NCBI RefSeq assembly: GCF_036321535.1
Contig: NC_087460.1
Span: forward strand, 1,922,001-1,986,000
From: Camelus dromedarius
Lineage: Eukaryota
Length of the DNA stretch: 64,000 nucleotides
Direction of reading: 5' to 3'
Shown here: positions 1-13,383 of the stretch, piece after piece
Layout of the letters: the number at the start of each line of letters is the position of its first letter
How positions within the stretch are numbered: position 1 is the stretch's first letter
The notes under the pieces: generated by a model
The model's input: the letters and a program-made list of their open reading frames with translations, nothing else
What the model was told of the DNA's origin: nothing
Database searches by the model: none
Made by a program: the position numbers and the translations under genes

Positions 1-5
1 GGTCT

Positions 6-188
6 NNNNNNNNNNNNNNNNNNNNNNNNNNNNNNNNNNNNNNNNNNNNNNNNNNNNNNNNNNNNNNNNNNNNNNNNNNNNNNNNNNNNNNNNNNNNNNN
101 NNNNNNNNNNNNNNNNNNNNNNNNNNNNNNNNNNNNNNNNNNNNNNNNNNNNNNNNNNNNNNNNNNNNNNNNNNNNNNNNNNNNNNNN
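6..188. other. Assembly gap (other gaps 462-603, 19681-19876, 46356-46574)
   Basis: N runs, all within or next to L1/SINE repeats. Confidence 0.99.
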
Positions 189-340
189 GTGACTTCTTTG
201 TCGATACCACATTTTCTCGATTACTACTGTAGACTGACAGTAAGTCTTGAAGTTGGGTAGTGTCAGTCCTCCAACTTCACTCTTCTCCTTTAACACTGAG
301 TTGATTATTATGAGTTTTTTGCTTCTCCATATAAACTTCA

Positions 341-461
341 TTTTTTTTTTTTGGTGGGGGGAGGTAATTAGGGTTATTTATTTATTTATTTTTAGAGGAG
401 GTACCAGGGATTGAACCCAGGACCTCGTGCATGCTAAGCATGCGCTCTACCGCTTGAGCTA
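341..461 (-). mobile_element. Camelid tRNA-derived SINE (Vic-1 type), truncated by N gap
   Basis: B box GGGTTCAATCCC, CCTAATTACCTCCCCC tail, poly(A). Confidence 0.9.
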
Positions 462-764
462 NNNNNNNNNNNNNNNNNNNNNNNNNNNNNNNNNNNNNNN
501 NNNNNNNNNNNNNNNNNNNNNNNNNNNNNNNNNNNNNNNNNNNNNNNNNNNNNNNNNNNNNNNNNNNNNNNNNNNNNNNNNNNNNNNNNNNNNNNNNNNN
601 NNNTCTATCCATGAACTTGGAATCGCTCGCCATTTATTTAGTTCTTCTTTGATGTATTTCATCAGTTTTGTAGTTTCCCTCGTAATTCTTGCACATATTT
701 TATTAGACACAAGTATTTCATTTGGGTGGAGTGTTTTAATATAAATGGTAATGTGTTTTTAATT

Positions 765-906
765 TCTTTTCTTTCTTTTTTCTTTTTTTCTTTCTTAGCA
801 GGGGAAGGTAATTAAGTTTATTTGTTTTCAGAGGAGGTACTGGGGATTGAACCCAGGACCTCGTGCATGTTAGGCAAGTGCTCTACCACTGAGCTATATC
901 CTCCCC
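765..906 (-). mobile_element. Vic-1 type SINE
   Basis: A box TAGCTCAGTGG, B box, tail. Confidence 0.9.
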
Positions 907-2423
907 GCAATGTGTTTTTAATTCCAAATTCCTTGTTCATTACTGGTATATGGGAAAGAGGCTGAACTTTTGTGTATTAATCTTGTACCCTGTAACATTG
1001 CTATACTTGCTTGTTAGTTCCAGTTTTGGGGGATTTGTTCATTTTTGTCAATTCTTTCACATTTTCTACATAGGTGGCCTTATCACCTGTGAACAAAGAT
1101 GGTTCTGTTTCTTTCTTCCCCACCTGTGTACCTTTTATTTCCTTTTCTTATCCTATTGCATTAGCTAGTACTTGCAGTATAACGTTATCTGTGAAACATA
1201 AGAGATTTTATTTTACTTTCATGTATTCATTCTCCAGTGCTCTTCCTTTCTTTATATAGATCTAAGTTTCTGACCTATATAATTTTCCTTCTCTCTGAAG
1301 AAATTCTTTTAACATTTTTTGCAAGTATACTGGTAATAAATTGCCTTAATTTTTGTTTGTCTGAGAAAGCTTTTCTTTCTTACTTTTGAAGGATAATTTC
1401 ACAGGGTACAGAATTCTAGGTTGGTGATTTTATCCTCTAAACACTTTAAATACTTCACTCTCTTCTTACTGGCATGGTTTCTGAGATGTCAGATGTATTT
1501 CTTATCTTTGCTTCTCTTTAAGTGAGATGTTTCCCAACCTGTCACCCCCAGCTTCTTTCAGGGTTTTTTCTTTAATTTTTTTAAGTTTAAATCTGACTGA
1601 GAGAAGGGGATTTATCTTGCTTGGTGTTGTCCGAGCTTCCTGGATCTGCAGTTTGATTTCTGACATTAATTTGGGGAAATTCTCAGTCATTATTGCTTCA
1701 AATATCTCTTCTGTTCCTTCCTCTCTTTACACATGTTATACCTTTTGCAGTTGTCCCACAGTTTTTGGGTAGTCTGCTCTGGTTCCTCCCTGCCTCGTCT
1801 TTCAGTTTTGGAAGTTTCTATCACCATCTCCTCAAGCTCAGAGATTCTTTCCTTGGCATGTCCAGGTTACTAACGAGCCCACCAAAGGCAGTCGTCATGT
1901 CTGTTGCTGTGGTTTTAATCTCCACCATTTTTTTAATTCTTAGAATTTCCATCTCTCTCCTTACATTATCCATATGTTTTTGCATGCTGTCTACTTTTTC
2001 CATTAAAGCTCTTAGCCTATTAATCACAGATTTAAAGTTTCCTGGTCTGGTAACTCCAACATTTCCACCATTGTCTGACTCTGGTTGTGATAGTCAGTCT
2101 CCTCCAACCGTGTTTTACGTCTGGTAAACCTCTACTGAAAGGCAGACAGGATATGCTGGGTAGACGTGCTGCACTGCAGTAAGAGGTCTTTAGGGATGGG
2201 ACAGTGAGGTGTGGGGGAGGGGAGTGTTCTCCAGTCCCACGACGAGGTCTCAGTCCACTGGTGAGCTGCTGCCTGGGACCCCTACTTCACCGTGCTTCGC
2301 ACTCCCTGCCCTTTGGTGGACAGCATGGCTAGAGTGGGCTGGAGTTGGGTATCTCCCTTCCCCCAGGTAGGCCAGGCTCTGGTAAAACAGCTCCTCCTAG
2401 GGCAGACCTTGTTAAGATGAACA

Positions 2424-2564
2424 GAGGGTACAGCTTAGCATGCATGAGGTCCTGGGTTCAATCCCCAGTACCACCATTTAAAAAAAATTTATATATATAT
2501 AAATAAACCTATAAATATACATATATATATATATACCTAATTACTCACCCACCCCCCAAAAAAG
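2424..2564 (+). mobile_element. Vic-1 type SINE with internal deletion and (TA)n expansion in tail
   Basis: gggtacag-cttagcatgcatgaggtcctgggttcaatccccagtac. Confidence 0.85.
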
Positions 2565-2753
2565 AACAAAATGCTCTGGCACATTTCAAAGTGAGTCCTT
2601 TCCCTTCCCCCTGCCAGAAGCATGAGGGAATTTTCCCCAGTATTCACTGTAGGCGAATGAGGACTTGGTAGAGCTCCGGGAGGTAAAAACTCACGGAAGT
2701 GTAAGGCTCCCCTCCATCCCACCCCACCCCCCCATGACTGGGCCCCCTGAAGA

Positions 2754-2995
2754 TTTTGGTTTTTTGTTTTGTTTTACTGAGATGTAATTGGCATAATTAA
2801 AGTCTACAGCATGTTGATCTGACGCATTTACGTAGTGCAATAGCATTACCATCATAGTGTTAGCCAACACCTCTACCACGTCATATAACTATCATTTCTT
2901 TTTTTGCGGTGGGAGCAATTATGATCTAGTCTCTCAACAACTTTGATGTTTATAACTCACTATTGTTGACCATAATCACGGCGCTACACATCAGG
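2754..2995 (-). mobile_element. L1MA9-like 3' end inserted in the older L1
   Basis: T-rich tail then L1MA 3'UTR; flanking direct repeat ccccctgaag near 2744 and 3000. Confidence 0.75.
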
Positions 2996-4479
2996 ACTCC
3001 CCCCTGAAGTTTTCAGCCCTCAGACGTGTCCACACCAAGCCTCACGGGTTACGTTGTCCCACCCTGATGCTGGTTCCCATGGAGGCTTCTGCTCCAGTGC
3101 GCTTTGTTTTCAAATTAACTCTATTTAAGTATAATTTATATACAATAAAATGGACCAATTTAAGTAAACAGTTCCATGAGTGCTGACAAAGGCATACGCT
3201 TGCATAACCTCCATCCTTTGCCTCAGTTATTAAGCTTCCTGGATGATCCAGCTTGAAGCCAGGGCTGGGAACCACTGCTCTGCTGTTCTCGGTTGCCAGC
3301 TGAGGCCTTTGGGACTGCAATTCTGAAGTTATTCATTCATTTCTGGGTCTTGGTTTCTTCACATCTCTTGTGCTTGGACAGAATAGCTGTGAACACCACC
3401 CCAACACAAGACTCCCAATTTGCTGATTCCTCATATTACAGAATCAGGCTCAAAGTGGAGACAGAAAATTTACTTAAATGGTCATTTCACCTACCCTTCA
3501 CATACCTGTTGAGCAGCTACCCACTGCCCAGAGCTGGCTCCTCCCTCCCCGTCTCTCAACTTTAGCTGCCCTGGGACTGCAAGGACCTCTTTTCTCTCCT
3601 TGCCCCTCCCAGGGAAAGCAGCGGCTCCTCTCCCATCAGGGCGTGATGGAGAGCCTGGCCGGGGCCTCTGTCTTCATCCTCCCTCCCCTCCACTCGTCTA
3701 AGTTCTCTGCATCATTTCAGTCCCAGTTCAAACCCCGCCTCCACCACAAAGCCTTCCTCCCCCAGCTAGATTTCACCTCTCTTACTTCTCCCAGGCACCT
3801 GAGCACATGATCACGCTCCAGGTGCCCGGAGCACTCACCTTCCTCTAGTTTCAAACAGTCGAACTCAATTAAATATGGAACCAGTTGAAGGCTTTCCTTG
3901 AAGGAGGCATAGTGCTAGGCTGTGGGCAACAGCACAATGGTGACTAAGACACAAAACACATGGTCCCTGCCCTCACATGACAGACTCTAAACCAGTGTAA
4001 TAAGCTTTACCCAAGGTGAGAGGGTTTCTGGGTGCTGGGGAGAACGTGTCAAGGGGAGGCACTATTTCTGTTGTGCACATCCACCTGTGCAAGAACACAG
4101 ACATAGCCCTTGGAATGCCAACTGCATGGAGTTCACACTGCCTTGTGTCCCCTGCATTTCCCCCACACACAGCATGAGCAACTCTTCACTGGCTGGACCC
4201 GAACTCATAGAACAGGTACCACTGCTCAGCTATGGGGCCATTACAGGGGCAATAATTTAGCATCCCCCAACACCAAGCTGCTTTTTTTTTTTTTTTTTTT
4301 CATTTTCTCTCCTTTCCTGTTCCTTGTCCCATTTCCGGTCTTCCCTGGCCTAATCCTGGACTGGCCTGGGGCCCGGGGCAGTCTGGTCCCTGCTCAGCTG
4401 TGGACTCCCTTTCCTCTTCACCACCCTTTGTTTCTTAGCTCATCCTGTCTGGAGAGAAAGGACAGACCTAAGGTGGCCT

Positions 4480-4628
4480 GCCTTGGCTACCTGTTGGAAT
4501 CACCTGGGAAGCAGGCGGTTTCCCCGCCCCACAAATCTAGTTGATTGACTTGAAGCCAGGTCTTGGGATGGACAGCTCTTCAAGCTCCCCAGGTGATTCA
4601 AACGTGCAGCTAGATGGAAAACCACTGG
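4480..4628. mobile_element. MER5-like hAT-Charlie MITE
   Basis: gaatcacctggga...ccccaggtgattc...aaaaccactg. Confidence 0.65.
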
Positions 4629-7600
4629 GACAGACTAAGGATTTCAAAGCCTCCACCTTCTCAGCTGAGGGGGATGGTCCCCAGAGATAACCACCAGACC
4701 TGGCCGGGGGTCAACAGAATGGCATGGCTCGCGCTCGGGGTGGGCCAAGGATTGGGACCTCCTATCTGTAGCATCTCGGCTCTGGAGTGGATGCCAGGAC
4801 AAAGTTGAAGCCAGCCTCCTGGAGCAGGCGGGGAGACGAGCGGCTGGTTAACGAGGAAAGCTGAGAGCAAGGAGACAGACTGCCGGTGAAACAGGGGTCG
4901 CGCGCTCTCGGTGGGGTGGGGGGAAGATCAGGGGAGGCGCCAACCGACGCAGTGTTAGTTCTCAACAAGTGTCAGCTTTCACACTGACACGGTGCTTTCA
5001 CACTCAAATCCGCTGCATGAAAAAGAGCAGCAAGTAGAAAGAGTTCCACTCTCCAGACTGGGAAGCAGAAGTTCGCATAAGTTTAGCGAGACGAAGTGCC
5101 TTTCCTGCCCTTCACCCCCACCCCCTACCCCACGGGCCAGCTCGTGGAATGACAAGGATGTCCACACTCAGACTGACTGCAGAGGTGAAACCCCGAACGA
5201 GGCAAGCAACCCCTTGAACTTCAGTTTTCTCACCTGTAAAGTGGAAACTATATAAAGGCTTCTTCCCCCGACAGAGGCATTGTGCAGACAAAACGAGCGT
5301 GCTGCGAAGGACACAGGAGGCTGTGATTACGGCGGCTCGGCCTTAGCACGTCTCCCCTGTCACGGATAACTCATCCACTTGTCTCTCGCCTCCTTACCTA
5401 CCAGCCCAGGCCATTTTCCTCTAGTTTGTAAACTCCCTGTATTTTTCAGTTACTTTTTAAAAGAATCAGATCGTACATACACAGAAATATATGCAAATGG
5501 TTTAAAGACTAACACCTGTGCCCCATCCGTCAGCCCAAGGAGCAGGCACAACCAGCTCCTCTGAAGCCCCTTGTGCCTCCGTCCAGTCACCCTCCATCCC
5601 TCTCCCCAAATAACTGCTTCCTGAACTTTGTTTCCTTGATTTTCTTTTTATCAAAAACAGACGAGCCCTGGCAACTACTTTTTCATCTCTGTATCTTCGG
5701 AATAGTGAACTTTACAGGTAGCAACGGTTGGATAAATGAAGGAGTGACTGTCCTAGCAGGACTAGAACTGTTAACCCTTGGGCCAGTTTCTCCGGTCCTC
5801 AGTTTCCTCAATTGTAAAAGGAGGGACACGCTCGATGGGTCCCCTTCCAGCACATCTACGGTTAACCCAGGAGGTTTCCCTAGGGCAGGGACTCGGCTGG
5901 AGAGCCATATCACAGCTGCCAACCAGCGTGCCCTGGCCCACGAGTGGGCTTCACACGGTAACACAGGTGCCAAGTACCGACCCCTTGAGTTCCTGGGGCA
6001 GCAGAACCCTAGGGCTGGCTGCATCCAACCACAAATACACTTAACTCTTTACCCCCATAAGTGATGCAAATATCTTCTCTTGTTGTTTTCTATGTGTGCC
6101 AACAGGAAAAAGGTTGGAGAAGCACTATATTCGACTATTAGCTTGGTGGCGAGTGGGAGCTGGATTTGGACCCAGGACAGTGTGGGGATTCTCTCTCCTC
6201 CCTGCCGCCCCGTTCAAAGGTCCGCTGGCCCACTATCCAGGTGCCATACCGGTAGTTTCTGACATATAGGGCCACCTAGAGAGATGCAAGACTGAAACAT
6301 CCTGAAGCAGGAGGAGAAGGGAAGGCTTGGAGGAAGTGGCGGCTTCGAGGCCCCACCCCTGTGCAGAGGGACCCCTGTCCCAGGTCCTCACTGCAGCTGG
6401 GACAGAGGCAGGAATGCGTCCTGAGAGCAGACCTGCAGGGCCGGGGCCCGGGGCTCCCCGCAGGCGGCCCAGCCCAGCTGCCGGGCCAGCCACAGCTGTT
6501 GGCAGGGAGTCTCCAGGTCTAAAATTAGCCTCCAGCTCTCCACCCAGGCAGTTCCACCACGCACTCTGGCAGACGGGCCCTGCGGTGAGGTAATGACTGG
6601 GCGCCTGTGTGCCTCGGGGCAACGGGGGTAAAGGAGGCAGCACCCGTGAGGGTCAGCCTGGGGCTGGGACGGGGACGGAAGCAGGAGCTCGTGTGTGTGG
6701 AGCCTGCGTCCTGCTTTGCGTCTGCGTCCCGTGGGGACACCCTGTCCTGTGCTCCAGGCACAGCGCGGAAGGGGACACAAACTTCTCCTGAGAACTTCAG
6801 ACGTGCCAGGTTCTCAGTCTGCCACCACAGCCCCGTGGGGTCAGGAACATCACTCCCCTCGCACAGAAGCCACGGGGATGCTCCCCAAGTCAGGGGCCCT
6901 GGGAAGGCATGCTTTCAGAGGGGCAGCCTCCCCCTGGAGGGGCAGCTCTGGAGGCAGAGCCCAAGCCCGTGACTCACTGACCCCTACCTCCAGATCCCTC
7001 CGCTTCTGATGGTCTGGTCAGGAAGCCAGTGGCCAGAGCTGCCAAAATAGGCGGCCAACCCCGTGGCCAACCCCGGGCAGAAGTCTCTCCTCCCCTGGGC
7101 TGAGCACACTGAGGTATTTATGTGAGGGCTGCCCGCAGGCAGGGAGGGGCTGGGGGTGAGGCTCCAAGGTGGGGACTTGTCAGAAGTGCAGTGGCGAGTC
7201 GGAGGGCTCCAGAAAGAGGAGCATGGTCACCGGGCCTGCAGAAGGGACCCCAAGGCCACTCAGCCCCTCCGAGCCCATCTCCCCAAGGACCACGGCCCAG
7301 GGCTCATCCGACCTCACCCTCCCTCCCTGCCCCTGCCTGTGGAACCCATCCTCCCAGTCCCAGGTGAGGGGGAAGCGGAGAATGAAAGACAGAACCCCAG
7401 CGCTGGTGCAAATACCGCTCTCTTTGGGAATAATGTCAGAGCCAGAGGGAAGCCCACGCCCCAAGGAGCCGAGATGCCTCCACTTGCAGAGGAGGAAAGT
7501 CAGGCCCAGAGCGCAGGACTGACTTGCTCAGCCTCAGAGCCAGTTCTTAACCAGAACCAAGACCAGAACTCAGGTCCCCGACTCCAGCCCAGGGTTCTCA

Positions 7601-10314
7601 CCCCTGAGGAAGTGCTTAAAAGGAAAGGCCATCCGAGTTCTCCTCTAGGCCTGGTTCTGTGACACGGCTTCCCCTCTCCTTCCGCTAAGACAGGTCTCAG
7701 TCCATCGCACAACAGATCATGCAAGCCACCAGTGACCTCCTGCTCCTCTGCCGGACGTGCCAGGTCTCACCTTCGGAACCTCTCATCTGCACCTGACAGC
7801 TGCTCCCCTTTTGCTTGTCAAGACCCCGTAGCAGGCTGACCCCTCCCCGTATCTCCCTCACTGTTCATTCTGTCTCCCTCACTGGCTAGTTCAAGGCGGC
7901 CCAAAGCCCCCCGCCCCCAGATGTATCCCCTTCTGGGGTGACCAGGCTCCACGTCTCGCTCCCCCACCCCAGCTCTGGCAGTCCAGGCAGCATCAGCTGG
8001 TCGAGGGGAGGGCTCTGGGCAGGACAGGACAGTGGCACCATCAAAGCACAGCCATGAAACCAAAGGCCCCGAGCAGAGGTTGCATGGCCCGGCGACAGTC
8101 TGGACCACATACCGTGGCCCGCTGGGCTCCTGAACCACCCCCATCTCCCACCTGTCCTGAGCATCAGAACCCTTCAGCGGGCCTCCCACCTCATCGGTGG
8201 GCTGCATGGGTTTGTCTGTGCCAGGCACCTCTTGCCTTCCTCTCTCCTCTAATACAGGAGCAGCAGGCCGTACAGGCTGTCTTCCCCGTGAACTCCAGGA
8301 TCCAGCCCCTGCGGCCCCACCCCCGCCGGCCACAGCAGAGGACACCTTCCCAAGCAGGAGGAAAGGACCGACCCTCCTCTGGGAGAAGGAGCGACCTCTG
8401 ACCCTAAAGTGCGCCTGCCGCCCAGGCTGCTCCAAGCTCCAGTTGGGGGGGGGGGGTGTCCCGGGTGGAACAGGGACCATTTTTCTGTCTGACCGTCCAC
8501 TCCCTCCCTCACATGACTGGTTCCTGGAGGCCCTGCCAGCTGGGGAAAGGGTTCACCATCCTGGAGCTTTCCAAACCTTCTCAGAGATCTAAAGGAGCAG
8601 AGAAGTATAGAAAAACCACTCTTTCTGGAGGATTTTTTTCCCCCCTTGGTTTTAGAAGAAACAACTTTGGGGTTTTTTCCTGCCTCTCAGGCCTTCTAAC
8701 ATCTAAATATACCAAGCATAATCATTTCGAGCAAACCAAGTTATGTATAATATATGTTTATCTTGCTTAACTAACAGAAAACTACTTTACGGGTGCTAAA
8801 AATATTTCATGATTGTTTTCCTAAAAATATTACGGAACATTTTCATTTCCCAGAAACTGACCCCCCCAATTTTTGTATCAACAAGCACCTTAGGCCATTT
8901 ATGTGCATTTCTTTTCCTCAAAGTGGTAAACATCAGGTTGCAACTGAATAGCTCTTGCTTCTGTAAACGTTCCCCTCACCCCCCGTAACAGTCGGGTGGC
9001 TTTTCTTGAGGAAAACAAGTAAAGCTTCACCATTGTAGACTGTTCCTACGCAAATATTTTTCCAATTTTCGTGCATCGGAGCAAAGTTGAATTCTTATTT
9101 GCCCTGCTAAATCAAGCTTGAATATTATTATTTTTTCACCTCCTCTCTGAGCTCTTCCCCAAACATGTTCCGAACCCACTTGTTGCTACCTACCTGCAAC
9201 TTTTCTTCAGTTTGTCGTCCATTTCGTCTCTTACCCCCTCACAAAGAATTGCCAGTGATGGCCTTCCATAACCCAAGGGCCGGGGTTATGAAAATACCCG
9301 CCCTCGACAGCTTGTACCTTTCCGCAGAGATGAGGATAAAGGAGAAGATGACATGTTTTCAAATTTTGTTTGTATTTTTCTGTCAAAGGGTTTCATGATT
9401 CACGTGATCCAGGATTCTTCTGATTTAAAATCAGCTTCATCTATTCCCATTCCCCAGCCCTCCTCAACTCAAGGAGGTGAGAGGAAATCATAATTCCACT
9501 TGCTTTAGCAGAATGGGGTCTGTTCTGAGGGTGGGAGGGTGCGGGGTCAGGGGGTGCGAAGGGACCTGCCGGATGAGGAATGTCACATCTTGACTGCCCT
9601 TTGCAATATGAGGATTCAACATCCACAAGGGCTTCCTTACAGGTGACCTTCAGATACCAGCACCAGTGCAGCGTATCGCTGGAGGATTTCGGAAAACCCA
9701 CAGATCGCCCCCAGCAGCAGCTGAGCTGGGCACATGGTCCACTCCCAGCTAAGCGGCAACAACTTCAGCTAGTTCATTGGCAAGAAAAGATAAACAGATC
9801 TGAGCACCAGTCCTCTACGTACTTGGTGCACACCAGGAGAAAACACTTCACAAAACTCACACATTAAAAGGAAGCTTCTCAGCAAACACAAAGGCACGGT
9901 GAGAGCACGCCCAGGGACCAGGAGTTCCGGCCCCAGCCCCGCTCCCGGGTGGCTTGCTTAAAACACTCTCGGCCTCAAATTCTTTACTGGTAAAATCAGA
10001 AGGCTGGGCAAACACTACCCTTTAAGAGGCAACTCCAATCAATCTGTAGTGACAGCCTGGCGAGCTGCGTTGAGAAAGACTGGGAGACTGTGCCGGGGCT
10101 CAGGGAAAGAATTTCCTCTTCTACTGGAGATGCCTGTCACCGACCTGGAAACAGAGGTGCAGGCATTTTCCATCTCAGAATTTAAAAATCCCTGTCCTGA
10201 GGTTCTTTGTGATGTGTAAAAGAAAACATCCCAAAATTAATCAAAAGAGAGACAAAGGAGCTTTCAAAGCTGACAAAGTGGTAATAAATAATCACAGCTA
10301 ACGTTTAGTCGACA

Positions 10315-10535
10315 TTATGTGTCAGGAGCGGTTCTTGCTGCTGTCTATGTGTTATTTCACTTAAGCGTCACAACCAAACCCAACGAGGGGAGTGACACTA
10401 CTGCTAACATTCCCATTTTACAGATGAGGACCTGGGGTGCACCGAGGTTCAGTAATCTGCTCACGGAGGCACAGTTTACTAAGCATAGGAGCCGGGATCC
10501 AAACTTAGGCAGTCTGACTTCAGAGACCTGCTCTC
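10315..10535 (-). mobile_element. MIR (further MIR fragments near 5200, 5770, 21870, 22430, 26900, 34680, 44820, 53270)
   Basis: Core cccattttacagatgaggacctggggtgcaccgaggttcagtaatctgctc. Confidence 0.75.
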
Positions 10536-12312
10536 AGTCAGATGCCAGGAAGGAAGGGAGAAAAGGAGGCGCAAAGACACTGGCAGATGGTGGGCAGGAC
10601 ACCACGGCCACCTCAGAGGTCGAGGCAGAAACGGTGGCGGTGTCCACACAGGGGAAGCGTGGGCACAACCAAGGCCGTGTCGGCCGAATTCTCAGTTAAC
10701 CACCTGCTCCTCCGAGCGCCGGTGCTCGTGGGGAGGGGGAAGCCAGTGCCGTGAGCAGGCTCTTCGGAGCCATCCCCGGCTTCTCCAGCAACCTCACTGG
10801 AGGGCCCAAAGCCAACCCAGACGGAGTGGGAACAGAAGGAAACGTCAGCTGGGAGCTTCAGATAACTGAAGCTCGACAGCAGCTCCAAAAAGGGTGAAGA
10901 AACAGAGGGAGGCTTCGGGGGAAGATGGACTGAAAGGGCGGGCAGCGGTGGGCACGGCACGCAGAAGGAAGCCTGCGGAGCAGCCCTGCGGAGTCCGAGA
11001 GAGGACCCGCCCGAGGGAGGGGGACCCCAACTCTGGTGCTCCAGGGCCAGAGGCCACACTCTCGGGATGCGGACCCCCAGACCTTACACACGCTCTCTGC
11101 ATCTCCCAGCAATGGGACTGCTTCTTGGCTCTCTTTCTCCCCACTGACTTCTGTCCCTGCATCTAAAGAAAAGGATTTAATCAGGCGGAACCCAGTTAAC
11201 TGTCCACAAGTCAACCAAACGCTGACAACCTACCACATCCAGGCATCGGGCAAAGCACTCAGGCAGAGTTCCCGACCAGGGATCCCTGGAGAGGTGTCGG
11301 GGGCCTGTGTACTCCCACAAATAGCACACAAACTATGAGGGGGCAGCCACATTTCTGGGGAGAGGGTCCTCAGTTTCTTCATCGGCTTTTACAAGTGTGT
11401 ACAAGCCACAAAGGGTTAAGTGCATCTGCCAGGGAGACCAAGGGAAGGGGCCCAGGTCTGGCACCCGAGAAATTCAGTCTCATGGGGGAAGACAGACGGA
11501 CAGAAATAACTCCGAGGCAAGACAGCCCCTGATAAGCATGCTAGCCGAGGACAAAAGGTGGAGCGGGGGAGGGGAGCAGAGGTTCATTCCTGCGGGGGTG
11601 GGGGTGGGGGTGGGGGGCTGTTGATAGGATGTCCTCCCCTCCCGACCCTGGTTTGGAATCCATGTTGGCGAAGAGGAGAAACCCCAGGCCCAGAAAGCGC
11701 CCCTGCCAGCGCCCCTCGCCCACGTTCCCCCAGCAGGAACCCAGAGTCGGAGGCTGCCTCCATGCTCGCCGGGGAGCAGGGACAGAGGACGCTGTCCCAG
11801 GGCAAGGGCAGGTGGCAGGACGATGAAGGTGAGCACTGACCGGGTCTGCGCTTTCCCCCTCTGCCGGCTCCCGTCTTCCGAATTCCTGGGGTGCTTGTGA
11901 CACTTGCCCCCGGGAGCCCCCCACTCTCCGGGCTTCTCTTCTCCCACCTCCATCCAGAAACTCTGTCCTCACCTGTTTCATTCTCTTCCAAGAACTCGTC
12001 GCCACCTGAAATTCTTCTCTCTTTGTCTGTGTGTTTATTATCTGTCTTTTCCTCCGGAAACATCAGCTCCAGGACAGCACAGCCTTTAAATGCCTGGTTC
12101 CCTCCCACGTCCCTAACATCTACAGCGCTGCCTGGCACATTTGGTAAACGAGCGTCTGTTCCCCGTCCCTTTGTGCGTGTTCTTCTGCAAGACTAGCACA
12201 GCGTCCAGGCCCCAGAGAGCAGAGTGTAAGAAGAAATGGAGGCACTTACTTCTCCTGAGACCACTGTTTGAGATGCTGTGTGTGCAAGGCAGCCTTAAGT
12301 TAAAATGATCAC

Positions 12313-12447
12313 GGGAGGAGGGTGTAGGTCAGTGGTAGAGTGCATGCTGAGCATGCACAAAGTCCTGGGTTCAACCCCCAGTACCTCCATTAAAGTAAAG
12401 AACAAACCTGATTACCTCCCCCACCAAAAAAGAAAAAAGAAAAAAAG
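12313..12447 (+). mobile_element. Vic-1 type SINE
   Basis: tRNA-like head, tail, A-rich end. Confidence 0.9.
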
Positions 12448-13278
12448 ATCACAGCAGAGTGTAGGCAGAGAACCATGTGTGCAACCCAGAACTTTCATAT
12501 CTCCTACCACCTTCTGCGTCAACAGTACCGACAAACTGTCACATGTTTCTTTGACAAGTCGCAGCCTTCCCATCACCGTCCTGAGCCACAGGTCATCGCC
12601 CACACCCCACGTCACCACAGTGGCCATCTGGGTGGCCTCGGTCACCAAGATGTCCTGCAAACTTCTGGGAGCTTCATCTCCCAATAGTCATGCTCCTAGG
12701 ACATGAAATGTGTTCCCTAACTGTCTGAAGAACTAAAGCAAGAAGCAGTGGGTAAGAATAAGAAACACCGCCGCCATCATATCCAGTCCCTGCTTTCAGA
12801 AATCTACGTCACTCTCGAGTCGAAACCCAGTGGCCTGGAGCTCAGGACTGTGCCACCAGGTCACAACCACCTTTCCAGACTCGTCTCCTCCATCCCGTGG
12901 GAGCCTCTGCCCTCAGGATCAGCGCTGCCCACACTTTGACTCAGTCTGTGCCAGACTCCCCAGGTGGAAACAGCCACCTTTATCAGACACGCTCAAACTC
13001 CAACAGCAACGAAAACCCCAACAGAGCTGGAAGAGGTCTTAAAAATTCAGGCCAAAGGACTTCCTTTTGAGAAATACAGCAAAATGCTAAGAAATGCTGC
13101 ATAAAATGGGACAAACTTCTTATTTACATAGCTAAGCTCTCCATAAATCAGGGCAATCTCCAGGGGCCAGAGCATGAAGATGTGAGCTCTGGTGCACTCC
13201 CCTCTCAGTCTGGGGCAACCGACCGCTTCAGATAAGAGATTAGGTAAAACAAATTCTGGAGTATTAAACACAGAGAAC

Positions 13279-13383
13279 GGGGGAAGGACACAGCTCGGCG
13301 GTAGAGCGCGTGCCTAGCGTGCACAGGGCCCTGGGTTCAATCCCCAGTATCTATGTTAAAAAGAAAGAGAGAGAAAGAGAGAA
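13279..13383 (+). mobile_element. Vic-1 type SINE with GA-rich tail
   Basis: acagctcggcggtagagcgcgtgcctagcgtgcacagggccctgggttcaatccccagta. Confidence 0.85.

Larger units (their letters stand above)
189..3110 (-). mobile_element. Old L1 (L1M) ORF2/ORF1/5' fragments with nested SINEs and a nested L1 3' end
   Basis: ORF 1502-1690 MTENFPKLMSEIKLQIQEARTTPSKIN resembles L1 ORF1p; T-rich antisense L1 texture. Confidence 0.8.

Noticed and set aside
9267-9290. Hairpin CATAACCC-N8-GGGTTATG resembling a terminator
   Set aside because: Several 8-bp inverted repeats are expected by chance in 64 kb.
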